Source of the DNA: Trichosphaerium sp. ATCC 40318
Taxonomy: Eukaryota > Protista > Tubulinea
Length of the DNA stretch: 64,000 bases
Direction of reading: 5' to 3'
Assembly: GCA_038496445.1 (NCBI GenBank)
Contig: JALMLS010000174.1
Coordinates: forward strand, 2,362 to 66,361
The notes below the pieces were generated by a model that did no database searches, had not been told where the DNA came from, and saw only the letters and a list, made by a program, of their open reading frames with translations. The translations under genes were made by a program, and so were the position numbers. Position 1 is the first letter of the stretch, and the number at the start of each line of letters is the position of its first letter. This document shows, piece after piece, positions 23,601-36,954 of this stretch.

Positions 23601-23919
23601 TTGTACTCAGACAGAAGTGACAATCCATTCATTCAACAACTCACACAAAATGGTGGAAACACATGACAGAAAACTAACAAGGTATGGTCAAACACTCTGA
23701 CTTGCAATACCCATTTTGTAGGTATTGTTTTGTTTTTTTTTTTGAAAATTGAGAATATGCCTTCACTATTGGTAATATGTTAATTAAACACATTTCTATA
23801 GAATTGTCAGGATTGTCTTCTGAGATAATCAAACACTGTACCAACAAATTCACATATGTTTTTTCATACATTGCACAAAAATGCAAATATAAATGGATTT
23901 AGGACTAGGAGACAACACT

Positions 23920-26165
23920 TTATTGTTGTGTATGGTCATATGGTTTAAACAAGGAGGTAAATTTTTTGGCTGTTTCTGTTTCTTTTTTTGTTGATTCAAC
24001 ACATTTAATCCAGGATGCATACTCTGCTCTACCAATTACAGTTGTTATAACACGCCTAAGCAGTTTGTTTTAAGTCAAAAATTACTTTATACTTGTATAC
24101 CTGCAAAATTCACGTGGTGGATAAGTATCATCAACCCTACACTGTAATGTGGTGCCATCTGATATCTCAATGTGCAAAAAGTCATTATCACCAACAACCT
24201 AAGAGTACAGTTAGTATACAAGCATATATATAAGTAACCTAGCAATATTTAACACCAAACAACATATTTTTTGACATACACTCTTGAGTGTAGTATCTTT
24301 TGCTAGTGGTTCTATTGTTAGCTTTTTCTGTCTGCCATAATCTTGAAATACAGCCCGTAAATCCTTCAGTTTATCCTTAGGCACAGCAATAGACTATGAA
24401 AGCACCATATATCAGTTTATAAGTTGATTGGCTAACAACAATACCTGTACGCCCATGTGTTGCACCCTATTCTGGGTACGTGTGTTACGCTCAAAAAATA
24501 CAACACCTGAGCCTTGCGCTTCATGCATTGCTATAATGTTCTTCTTGTAACTATTGCTCTATTAGCCGTTTACTCACCAACGCCAATATGTGTACGCAGC
24601 CATTTCCTTCATCTCGTCTTCATTGAGCTCAACTGAGCTTGCTTTGTGCTCTATTGGCACTTTTGCAAAAACTTTTAGGATTCATTGTATTTCAATATCA
24701 AAGACGTACCAATAATAACGTGCTGATTGTCTACAGGTCCCTTGGCCATCGCAACATACAAGTTATCACTAACACTCACTATGAGATGCCGTTCGATATC
24801 CGGGTTTGCGAGACAAAACCAACATTTGTCAGTTGACAGCTTGCCCTCTGCCAAGTGTTTCGAACGTTCCACCTTCTTACGCTTTCTAGCCCTTTTCGCT
24901 TGCTTTTCCTGATTGTTGAGCGTCTCCATATAACCTGTTGGTATCGCCCATCTAAATTGTTGAGGCTCTACAAAATAGCAAGCGAGTTAGTTCCCTTTAC
25001 CATTATATTAACTCGCTATTGACGTTTACCTTCACGTGCTCTCTTCTTTGTATCTTTAGCTGGTAGGTATTTTACAAAAGGAATAGCCGTCGTTGTAGTA
25101 GGTATGGCAAGCAAACTCTCCTTGCTTTGTTCTGTGATTGGTGTCGTAGAAAACGCGTACAAAAACTAAGAGGTTATTAGCAAATTTGATAAGAAATTTT
25201 TACATACTTTTTGTTTCTTGGCATTGAACGCATCCCCCAGTGCATAAAATCTAGTCACTGGCCACTGCTTCTGTACTTTGCCAGTAAACTGTTTCCCATT
25301 GCTGTATGGTGGACGCTCATAAAATACAGATTGTCCTGAAGCGAACTAAAAAAAAAGAGGGCAAAATAAGTGCAATTGCCATTTAAAAATGTTGGTTAAA
25401 CGCACGTGATATCGTGCTGCCATAAACGTTGCAACACGAGCCACAACAGGCTTTCCAACTGTATCATATTGCAACAAGGATATAGGTACAGAACCGGACT
25501 TGACATCTTTAAGAAGGCCGCGTGGCCAACTGTTCGACAACAATACATCCACGCCTCCAAAGTCTTTGTGTTGTATTCTGGTGAGAAGTGCTGCAATGTC
25601 CGGATCCAGTCCTTTCTACAATTCCCACGTGATTAGACACAATTACACATAGCACTGCATTGGGTTTATTAATATTACCTCTTTGTTGGCGCCTCCAGTT
25701 TCGACGAAGCCTATTGAGAAGCCGTCCACCTCAAAAATACCAGCTTTGCCGAGATATGTCAAATTTTTGCATAATGTGCCTCCTGTGTTACAGTATTATT
25801 ATTAAGACGGTATGGTGAGCGACATACCTTTGGTTAAATTCATTTTTGACAGATACGCTGCACCATCTCCTTCTGTCGTTATAAAGTACGTAGGAACGGC
25901 AACTATTGCAATCAGGTGGTTTACGTGCTTTTATGGCGTACTCTCTTTGGACCCATCTACATACGCTTCAATCTCTTTGCTCTTTCCAAAGAACGTGCCC
26001 ACACATAGAACAAACGCGAAATTGTGCTTTTGGTGAAGCGAGGCAACTTTTGCGAACAATTTGTCCAAATTACCGTTGAGAGCACCCACAGCCAGTCTTA
26101 ATGGCTTTAGTGTATAATTGGGGCCTTGTAGCGTACATTTTGCGGTTGGCAGGTGTAGAACTCAT
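23920..26165 (-). CDS. CWF19L1: CWF19-like protein 1 (Drn1; debranching cofactor)
   Basis: N-terminal pseudo-metallophosphoesterase (LCVGTFF, DVLLSNSWP, ARYHF, FYERPPYSN). CwfJ C1 CWFCLANPDIERHLIVSV..AKGP. C2 ending ..W.KC..F..LFKPYD. Confidence 0.92.
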
Positions 26166-26329
26166 TTTATGTATACTGGCTTATGCGCAACGGTACTACG
26201 GTATGAAATTACAGCAATCAAGAAACAAAAAAGTCAATAAAAGCCAGATTACGTGAAATGTGTTGTGACACTTTGGATTGAGGTACAAAACAAAGACAGT
26301 ATTTAAAAAACAATTGGGAGGTATTCTAT

Positions 26330-29189
26330 TTAGGATTGTTTGGCAGGTTGTTTGAGATCTTTCATCAAGAGCATATTTTGACCTTCCTGAACGACGGTAC
26401 CCTCGGTTATATACACCTCGCTTACAGTAGCATCAGCAAAGCAGGATATCTTGGTTTCCATTTTCATACTCTCCATAACGAGGAGCGTATCGCCCTTTTT
26501 CACGGCATCTCCAGCAGCGACACATATCTTTACAATCTTGCCTGCCATTTCGGCCTTGTATAGGGCACCTTGCAGTTTTTGTGCAGCCTGTGGGCGACGC
26601 AATCGGGGCGCCTTTACAAAAGTGCGTACGCCAAACGCATGTGTGTGAACGTGAATCTTGCTCTTGGCTTGGTCAAAGCAGCATCGGTACTCTCTCCTCA
26701 ACTTGTTCACTATGCAACTCAAAGTAGCAGTAGATACACCTGGTGTGTGGCGCGCTTCTGACGTCATGCAGAGTGTCGCTTCTGTTGTGTGTTTCCCATC
26801 AATTGTTACAGTGAATGTTGGTACAGGCTTTTCCTGCAAAACACGGTATGCGATTGTGATTGGCTCATCAAGATAGGACACCGTCACGTGCTGATCCCTA
26901 CAATTACCCACATCAGTCAACATGCTAACTACTACATTGTAGAAAGTAACGGGGTCGATGTAATTACCTGTACTGCACATTTCTGAATCCTGAAGGAATG
27001 TTACGCCATAAATGTCTTTGTACATTTCTGAGGTGCCTTCGATGTTGTGGTTAGTTACACAGCGTTGTGTACTTGTAAATTGCTGGGCTTTTGAGCAACA
27101 AAATGGTAAGAAAGGAAATCGCACCAATCAAACATTACAGCAACTGTAGCCATGTCACAAAGACCTTGCAGTGGTAACGCATCGAAAGCAGCACGGGTGT
27201 CAGCGAGGAGTTGTGTGCCAATGAGATTTGTTTGATAATGGCCAGATAGGAAAGTAGGGTTTTCCAAGACCTAGTAGTAACAACTGTTTGAGTGCACGGT
27301 TGAAGCTTTTTGTTTTAAAACATACTTGTAGTAAAAAATTTGTATTTGTGCGAATGCCAATCGTCACATTGTGTTGGAGAGCACGTGTCATCTTCATTAT
27401 TGCTTCATCACGATTCTTGCCAAACGCAGTGATTTTGGCAACCATTGGATCATAATATATAGAGATATCCGAGCCTATATCATCCATCGCTTTAGCAACA
27501 GTTTTCCTAAAGTGCAAACAAAGAATCGTACCTGATGTTATACCAGAATCGTAGCGAATAGAGTCCATGTTCACAGGCTTCCAATCTAGAATCTTGCCTA
27601 CAGCAGGTGCGAAGTTGTTTGTAGGATCTTCGGCGTATATACGACATTCTATAGCGTGACCAGCACTTCAATAGTCATTAATATAGGACATTGGTTTGGG
27701 GTGGAAATTTGGAATTTAGAATTAAACACATAATTAAAAGACAAAGAGTTCGATGACTAACCTTGTAATGGCGCTTTGTGTCAATCCCAATTGCTTTAAA
27801 GAAATGCCAGACGCGACTTTTATTTGTATTTCGACCAAATCCAAGCCGGTTATTGCCTCAGTGATAGGATGCTCGACTTGTAGCCGTGTGTTTACTTCCA
27901 AAAAGTAATAATTCTTGTGTTCGTCCACAATCCACTCTACAGTACCAGCGTTTCGGTAATTGATCGCGCGGGCAATAGCGACTGATGATTCACCCATGCG
28001 CTGGCGCAAATCCTATGCCAATATTTAGCATATAACAAAAAGCCCAAAAATAAAATCACAACTGGTATAATGGGTCATACCTCATCCACAAAGACACTTG
28101 GTGTTTCCTCTATAACCTTTTGATGACGCCTTTGTACTGAGCAATCGCGCTCGAACAGGTGCACGGTATCACCTGATGTGAGTGTCAATGGGAATATAGT
28201 TTGTAAAGGCGTACCATATTCGTCAGCCATGATCTGGAACTCAATGTGCTTGACCAATGTAAAGTACTTTTCTAAAAGCACCTTCTCATCTCCAAAAGCT
28301 TCTCGCGCCTCCCTTTGTGCGCCTTCTATTTCGCTACGCAAGTCTTGATCCTTCCATACAACACGCATACCTATGCATTACCAATAAATATCAAATCATT
28401 TTTTTTGTGATCGGGACCCAAATTGTGACAGCTGACGTCTTGGCTGTACAAATGAGACAACGTACCCTTGCCACCACCGCCTGCAGACGCTTTAATGAGT
28501 ACTGGATAACCAATCTTCTTGGCTTCTGCTATAAGGGTGGTCATATCCTGCTTGTCACCGTTGTAACTGTATAGTGTGAGTGCGCGGTTAAATTGTAATT
28601 TGTTGCTTGGTTGTGTGGAAATGTCAAACGTTGCGCAAAACTGTTCTTACCCTGGAATCACAGGAATCTTGTTACTGTACGTCGATGACGTCAGTAGGTT
28701 CTTTGCAGCAATTTTGGAACCCATTGCCGCAATACTGGATGAACGTGGGCCGATAAATATTATGCCGTTGTTTTCACAAGCTTTAGCAAAGGACTCGTTT
28801 TCGGCCAAAAAGCCGTACCCTGTCATAAATGGTTGGGAACGTTTTGAATACCAAAAACTTTTGGTTTGTAACTAGTTTATGCTTTTACGCACCAGGGTGA
28901 AGAGCATCGGCGCCAGTGCGCTTCGCTGCTTCTATTATTTTATCTTGGCGTAAGTACGACTCTAGAGATGGCGCTGGCCCAAGCAAAATCGCCTCATCAG
29001 CGTATTTAACAAATGGGGCATGTTCGTCTGCTGTGGAAAATACAGCTAAACGATTTGCGTTAAAATGTCGCTAATACACCATATATACGTACCAACCGTA
29101 GCAATACCAAGCTTTTTACATGTACGCATAACACGAAGGGCTATTTCGCCTCTATTCGCTACTAAAACCTTGGCTATCCGCTTTTGCAT
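26330..29189 (-). CDS. Biotin-dependent acyl-CoA carboxylase alpha subunit (MCC/PCC/GCC-alpha type; BC + BCCP)
   Basis: [64 protein letters not shown] and biotinyl motif ESMKME. Confidence 0.92.
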
Positions 29190-29403
29190 GTTATTTGTAC
29201 CAGTTCGAGACGAAGGAAAAACGTTACAATCAGAGCGCAAACCACTTAACACAATCCGCTTAAAGACTTCGTAAAATGCATAAAATCCATTACTACAGAC
29301 TTGTGAACAATAGTACTTTGTATTTATAATTTACAGCTGGGTAAGGTAATGAGTGTTTCTTTTTTCTTATTTTTTTTCTTATTTGGTGGTGAGATATAGC
29401 ATT

Positions 29404-32271
29404 TCACTCGCCATCAGAGTCGTACTCCCAGGCGTATCTCTTTTTCGGTGCAGTTGCTGCTGATGAGCGACGAGGTGGTGGTAGGGCACCTTCGAACATT
29501 GAAGGGTTGTTGGCATCAGCACGAGGAGCCGCAGTTTCGATGTCCTCTATTTGTCCTAACATATCGTCAATTGATTGTCTTATGTGTAACCGAGTACCAA
29601 TTGGTTCAGCTGCCTGTTGGTCCCTGCCGAATAGTTTGGAGAAAAATCCTTTTTTAGGCGGACCCAAGTCTATTGGTTCTATTTCAGGGACGTCATCGAA
29701 CTACAAACAATTTAAGTGACACGTTACATCAGAAGGAGGTTGAATGAAACATACCCCATTTGAAGACGAGTTGTGGTGAAGCAATGGTATCGGTTCTTCA
29801 TCCTGAATAATGGTAGGTCGCTTGCTATTGCTGCTGTGCGTGTCTGATCCATCAAATTTTACAGGTCTTCTAGATTGTTGCTTCAGTAGTATGTCTTTCT
29901 CAAGTTCCAGTAAGGCTTGTCCCCTCTCCACTTGATCATCATTAACATCTTCATCGTACTGAAACTGTGATCCAAACTTGAAGCAATTTGCAATGCGTGT
30001 CGACAAGTTGAATACAGTGAACATACAGATCAACGCCAGACATATTGGGAAGTAAATGTAGAATAGTTGGCCGAGTTTGGGAACCACATTCATTTGACCC
30101 ATCACCTAAAACACGGGGTGTCACTTTGGAAACCGATTGCATGAACACAACCGCCACGGTCGTACCCCTAAGAATGCATCTTCGCCCTCGCCTACTTTCT
30201 CTTCAAGCCGAGCCATCACTACAAAATTCAATGCCAGCGGAGGTCCAAGACGACATAGATATCTACACAACAATCAGAATCGAAAATGAGACATTAGGCC
30301 TTATGGCGGGTGCGGTGCGTACGCTGCACTGAACAAAATACTATTCTCGTCGCTGTGTTTATGTGGTAGTAATCGGTAGTAATTGAACAACCGCAATCTA
30401 AAAAGGCTAGAGAAGGCACAAGCCGCCATGTACAGTACACAAGCGAACACCAACAACTAAAAAAGATTTCATATTAGCGCATGCCAGCTAAGAACAAGGA
30501 CGTACTTCCAATCCTATACTATACAAGCCAGTGCGCAGTATGATACTGAAGATAGACACTTTAGGGAAGAAGCCAAAGGTGACTTCGCTCCACAAGACAA
30601 GCATTGATAGAACGCCACATACTACTGCCAAACAGCGCCAGAACCTATCCACAGATCCAAGTTAGAACAATCTCACAAGATGTTGGCTGATCAGAGAGGA
30701 GTGTGATGCCGCACCAGGCTGATATGAAGAGTAGCCAAAATGACATGAGCTTATTTGAAACACTGGAAGCAGCACCTCGTTCAGTGCGCTTGAATGTCCA
30801 CTTAATAGTACTCCTACCATGCTCGCGAGCGTGTAAAATGTCTTCTAATTCATAGGCGCGTCTCAGGTTGTCTTGGTACAAGCTACAATAACTGATTAGT
30901 ACCCCAAATACATTTGGTAATAAAATCAAACTCCTAAGTGTGGTTCATAGCCGTACCATTTGTTTTGATGTGTCTGAAGGGCATACCGCATCAACTTGGC
31001 ATGAAGCTTCACAAGATCTGAATACGAAGTGCTGACCTTGTCGCCGCCTGTAACATTGGTGTATTCTTCTTTGCACTGCAAATACCAAAAAGTGAGCACA
31101 ACCCACTTTCCGACAACCAACAATAAAACTGTGATCTCAAATTACTTACCAGCAGTCTCGCCTTGGCTACAATTTTGTCCACATACTCTCGTTCAATCGA
31201 AGTATCTCTAGTGTCCTCGTCCAAGTATTTTATCGCCTACAAACGCGGAAACGAGTCAACAAGCCAATGTTAGAAGCAATAGAGTCAGTACTTTCAAGGT
31301 TTTTGTGAGTGACTTGTTGGATGCGTCCAGCTCACTGCGTAAACTCTGTGCGAGCCATCTACGGTATCTGAGATTGAGGGCGTAATTTCCTCTGCGCCAA
31401 ACACGGCGTGGTATCTCCACTAGGCCAATACCAAGCATGCAAATCAAAATAAATAATCCCCACACATTGGACATTGTCATGGCGATACCGTAGGTTTCTT
31501 TACTACAAAAGAGGTAGTGAGTAATCAGTTAGAAACAAGAATCAAAAAAAAATAAGATCCTCTGTTGAAACTTTAGTTTCCAAGGTTAAAAATTTTGTGA
31601 CATGTTCTCGCAAACGTACAGACTGTGCTTGATAATTGCAATCCAGATGAAAATGCCTCCGAATATGACACCAACTACACCATAGAATATTATATTTTCA
31701 CGAATAGACCCCTTGACTCTAGACCATACAGTAAAGCCGCCGTTGTAGCTGTACGATTGTAGTATCGGATAAACTAGCCTAAAATAAAAAAAAGGTCAGT
31801 AAGCAAAATCATCGTTCTCGCCTCTACGAATGGCAACGAATGATGCGGTCGCTAGTAACATTCTGTTTTTGCCGTACCATGTGCACACAAAGGTTGTCCA
31901 ATAAATTGCGTTCCAGGTGCCTTCTAATACCTCTCGACGCGCGTACGTCACTGGTTCGGTGCAAATAGGCGTTGACGTTGTATTTCCAACACCAGGGATA
32001 GTCGTTCCTTTGCATTTTTCGTATATAGCCTACGTGTAATACGGGAGTAAGGAATAAACCGTTTTTTCGATAACAAAAAAGTGTTAATGACTTTCCGCAC
32101 CACAGAGATATCGTTCGGCAGTAGGAACAAAATAAAGAACGATAGGAAGTAGCCAAGGCTAGCTGAAAAGTAGATCGCTTTGCGCGTCTTTCTGAACGAG
32201 ACATACTGTTGAAGGAAATAGAACACCACCACGCTGCATACCAACGCTTCTAATACGTATGGCACCCACAT
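29404..32271 (-). CDS. LMBRD2: LMBR1-domain membrane protein (LMBRD2-like)
   Basis: LLPNDIS, WNAIYWTT, YPILQSYSYNGGF, SIRENIIFY, SNVWGL..LGIGLVEIPR and FYIYFPI, with several TM segments. Confidence 0.85.
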
Positions 32272-32533
32272 AACAGTGAATTGAGTATAAACTGGCCTAT
32301 TATAGCTAAGCTGTCGGTAATCGCGTTAACTAGTGTCAGAACACGCCAACGTCAGCACCTAACGGAGATAGGGCGCTTAATAACACCTGCTTAATAGCAT
32401 TTCACTAAAACTGAACCTGAACGTTTACAAAAAGATGTTGATATTTCATAGTCTTACTATGCCATAAGAGTTTCATTTTTTTATACTGACACCTACAAGT
32501 CTATTCAATGTTTTGGTTTTTTTTTCTACAAGT

Positions 32534-35500
32534 TCAGGGCGTGGGGGTTACAAGGCTACAAGACAAATTATTCAACGTATTCTCCGTTTCTACGGACAAG
32601 ATTGGCGCATTCTCTAATAGGATTGATGCTGGTGGGATGTTCTGCAGCGTAATCTGAGGGACTAGTACGTCCCCTCCTTCCTTTGCCACTAAATCACAAC
32701 AACATTCTACAACGTCGCCGCCCTAAGCACCAGGTGGTTAGCAGAGCAGCTCTTATCAATACATGAATTTTGTTCAGCGTACCTTGAGCTTTAGCTGGCC
32801 ATAGCGCTTACCAGATACGAGCCATGCATGTGCTTTTTCAATGCGGTAGTAAACAACAGCTTCTGCACCAGATAACTTCTTGATGCGGAATCGGAAAGGA
32901 AAGAACTGACCGCGTCTAACGGAATCTGGAGTGACAATCTCTATAGCATACGCCAGGGCATGGTCTCGTATTGGGAACCGGTATACAAAAGACATTTGAT
33001 TGTTTGCTGCGAGCTCATACGAAATGTGTAGTTCACTGGTTTGCTTGTCCATTGTCTCGGCCTTCAACAAGGGGAATATCAGGTGGAAAACTTGATTTTT
33101 GCGCGCTACAAATGGTGTGTTCTTGTGTGGCTGTGTAACAGAATAAGCAAGTACTACATTGACACAAAATAATCAAAAAATAAAAAAAAAGACAGTACGT
33201 ACAATGTCCACCTTCTTGTCTTGCACAACAAGCCAATAGTCCAATACCGTGACTGGTACTTTAAGCTGACTGGAGCATAGCGTTCGCAAGATTGTTTGCG
33301 TGCTATCGGTGTGCTCTCCCTCTATACGCTGTGGCTCAACAATAAAGGGTTGTGAGAACTTGAGCGGAACAACCATCTTCCTGGACACTTTTTCGCCAGT
33401 GGTCTTGGTGTACTTGAATAAAAACGTGACCTGTTGTTCCAACAGCCGAACAGAGTAAGGTTGAGACTTGACAATGACATCCAAAGCAAATTTAATCTTT
33501 GAACCCTTTGTCACTGCGCCTATTCGTATATTCTTGTTTTCAAGTGCAACTGTAGTGCTCTTTGACTCACCATCCGGATCTATTGATATCAACGCAATTT
33601 AGTATCGGATAATACAAGCTTATTTCGAGCGCGACGCACCTTCTAGAGTGGCTTCGATATCGCCTGGTGCCTTGAATGTGAGTGTGTCTGTGCGCAAACC
33701 TATTTCAGCCAATTTGATGTCATCCTCATGCGAATCGAGAGTAAGGAGCAATTGTGGTTTCTCGTTAATGCCAAAGAATAGCCCGTGCACTGGTGTATCA
33801 ACGCTTAGAGTGGCTGTGTGGTTACTTGGCTTGACCCTGAAGCCAAACATGGCGAGCTCCTTCTCCCGTTTGTCCATCTGCACCAGCAGACATAAATTTT
33901 TGCCAACTTTCATTCTGTACCCCGACACATTAGATACGAGAAATGTAGGTTATACTAATAATAATAATTCGTACTTTGTTTGCTTAGGTTTATAGACGCC
34001 TACTGAAGATGACACAGCCTCAAGCGTCACAACGCTTCTCCCAGGTTCGACAACTATATCAGTTGCAGAACAGATGAGTGCGCGTGCATTATCATCCCGT
34101 GCGATAGCATAGTGTATAGACTACAGAATACGACGAATGGTCAGCAAAGCATATTAACAATAAAAAAAAGACGCACTAGTTGGTCGAGTGTTATATTACA
34201 TGGGAGTGAGCTAGTCAATTCTGCCTTGACAGTCACTGTTTGACCGAGCTGCCAGGATGTTTGCTGAGGTAGAGCACGGATGTGAATTAAATTGTTTGCG
34301 ATTTGTTTGCTAATCTCCCTGCCCAGGTATTGAGCTGAAATATCGCATAGATCGGTAATGTAGTATGTTCGCGTGTCATCATCCAGGTGCTCTGCCAGTT
34401 GTGGATCGACGAGGTATAGTAAAGATGTGATATAGTCCGAATAGTGGTTCAAATGACGTTGTGAAAGCGCTAGTTTTGATCGTGCTGATAACCCTAAAAG
34501 AGGCCAACCCTCCGACCTATAACGCTCACAAACGCCTTTGTATCTTATCTCCGTCTTCTCGTAGTCTCTTCTGGTGCTATAATGCCGTCAGATCTCAAAA
34601 CATCAATTACAGAAATGCGTACAAGAATAAATGCCCAATATCTTCTTCTATGCGATCTGCCGATCTGTGTCGACGTGCTTGCTATATGACAACCATACTT
34701 TAGCATTTTTGAAGATATGGGAAAGGCATCAGTTTTCGTACCTTGTAATATTGGGCAGCATTCTTACTAATGTTCAGATACAACTTATCGAATGCTTTTA
34801 TATCATTGAGCGCATCAACTAAAGCCTCTACAGAAACACCTAAATCTTCAACTTTCTGTTCAAGGTTTGGTTGCTGTGGTTCTTCAGAAAGGCACTTTTC
34901 TTTGAAAATATACTTGTCATTCGAAGGCAACAGCCCACGGAGACTTCCAAGTCGCTCCAGCTATGTTACTGTTAGATGTTTGATCCACAGCTTTGGTCAG
35001 CGGTACCATAGCCCTGGCGTTGAAGCAGAGATCTCCAAGGAGGAAGGTCAATCTATCCATTTCTCGATTCGATTGGGGATTCTTCCTTGTGTACGTGATA
35101 CAAGCCTCTCCAATATCAATGTAAGCATTATAGGCCCAAGAGTACTGAATATATGGAGATAACTAAAAGTAGATGACAGGTTAGCAGACGTATTGTTGCC
35201 ATATTTCGAGGTTTTGATTGTGCACCTTTTCCTTCCGCATGTCTCTTAGAAACTGATTCACGAATTGAATAGACCGCTCAACGACGTGCACAGGTCGACC
35301 CAAGCCAAACAAGAGCTGTAAAAATACGCGTGAGTACGATGACCTTTGTAGAGAAGCATTGATTACCTTGCATTGACGTGCAAAGACATAGTGTCTGAAA
35401 TCAAATCGAGAAATCGTCCCTTTCTGAAGGCGCTTACGATAATCTTTTCGTGTAAAGTCTAGAATAGATCCAGAGTCGTCACCAGCTTCATCTCCACCAA

Positions 35501-36794
35501 AGGTGCGGAGAGTGTTTATATAATCGTCTTGAGGACAATAAGTAGATGCAAAAAAAAAGAGTATTTTTAAGTTTCAAGGTAGTGGTACCATACAGAGCGT
35601 TGAGCTCGTCGTATTGCATCAGTGCGGATTCCATAAGATTCACCGTCTCGAAAATGAATGCGAGGCCTTCCTTGGTGATAAAGAATCTACAAAAGTTCCA
35701 ACCCTAAAACAACCAAGACTTAGCTTGTTTTGACATAAAATCTAATGGTGGTTGGCACCTTTTGTGTTCGAGATTTTTCTCTCTCTTGTATTTGTTCTTT
35801 ATAAAAGTCAACAAGTCTCTCACCATGGTTTTCAATGCAATCCTTTAATTTATCGTGGAACATATCCAAGAAATCCTCACTAATGAGTGGCTGTTAACGC
35901 GAGATATTGTAGGGCTTGGGTGGACATTGTACCTTTTGGGTTCTAGAAGGAATACACGCTCTTCTTTTTTGGGATTTAAGTCTTTCCGCATATTCTCCAA
36001 TAAAGAGTTTTTACCAAAACCGAACATTGCACGATCACTTTTTGCGCCTAAGGAGACACTAAGCCAGTACGCTCTTGCAACATTATCTTTTCTCACATTT
36101 TTTTTTCAAAATCATAATTATTTTGTTTGTAATCACGTGCCTTGTGGTACTATCAAGATGAGCCATTCTACAACTGGTGCCAGAGGATCTTGTTGTATGT
36201 AAGATATCCTGGACGCAAGATTAAAAAAGGGTGACAACAAGTGTTTCGTCGGGTAAATAAATTTAAATGACCTCTGTCTTACCAACGTTTGATTGTGTCG
36301 CGCCACTTGGTTCTGTACTCGTCTAGTGAGCATTGCACAGTCAGAATGTACAAATAAGGTTGATTGCATCGCTCCCATATTTCTGGAAGCTGTAAAGTGT
36401 CGCCTTAATATAAAAACGTTGGTGGTTTCAAATAGACAAGGGGTATAGAGGAGGGGGCTCATACCAGGCGATGTCCACGAGCATTTTTTTAGTTTTACAT
36501 TTAGATCAGCGTTAACATCTGCAATTACGCCATGGTTTGACCACCGGACCTGTTTGAGTGTTAGTGTGCTATTTTGCTTTGGGTTGTATTGCCAACTTTT
36601 ACAAAGTGACGTCTGGTGTGCCAATAATAGGCAATAGACGCCAAAAAGCGCGTACCCCACGTATTGGTTGAACTTTTTTTAAAACGCTCTTGAGACTCTC
36701 TGATGCCTTCCCGATCGTTAAATCTAGATCACTCGAGTGAGCGCAGAGTTAAAAAATAGTTACGTTTACATCCAATCAGAATGCCATGCTCCAT
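32534..36794 (-). CDS. TRAPPC10: TRAPP II subunit Trs130
   Basis: WNFCRFFITKEGLAFIFE..ALMQYDEL, FDFRHYVFARQ and C-terminal WLVSGKRYG. Confidence 0.85.
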
Positions 36795-36954
36795 TGTCAC
36801 TTGTGACCAAAAATAACAGCTTACGTTACAGTGTGGCCAATTGTGTTTGGTTTTTACGGCCTACCGGGGCAAGGTAAAACTGTTTCTTTACGGAGCTATT
36901 TTAAACAGTCCAGATATCAGTACACAGCCGCCACACTACCAAAAATCGGACGTT

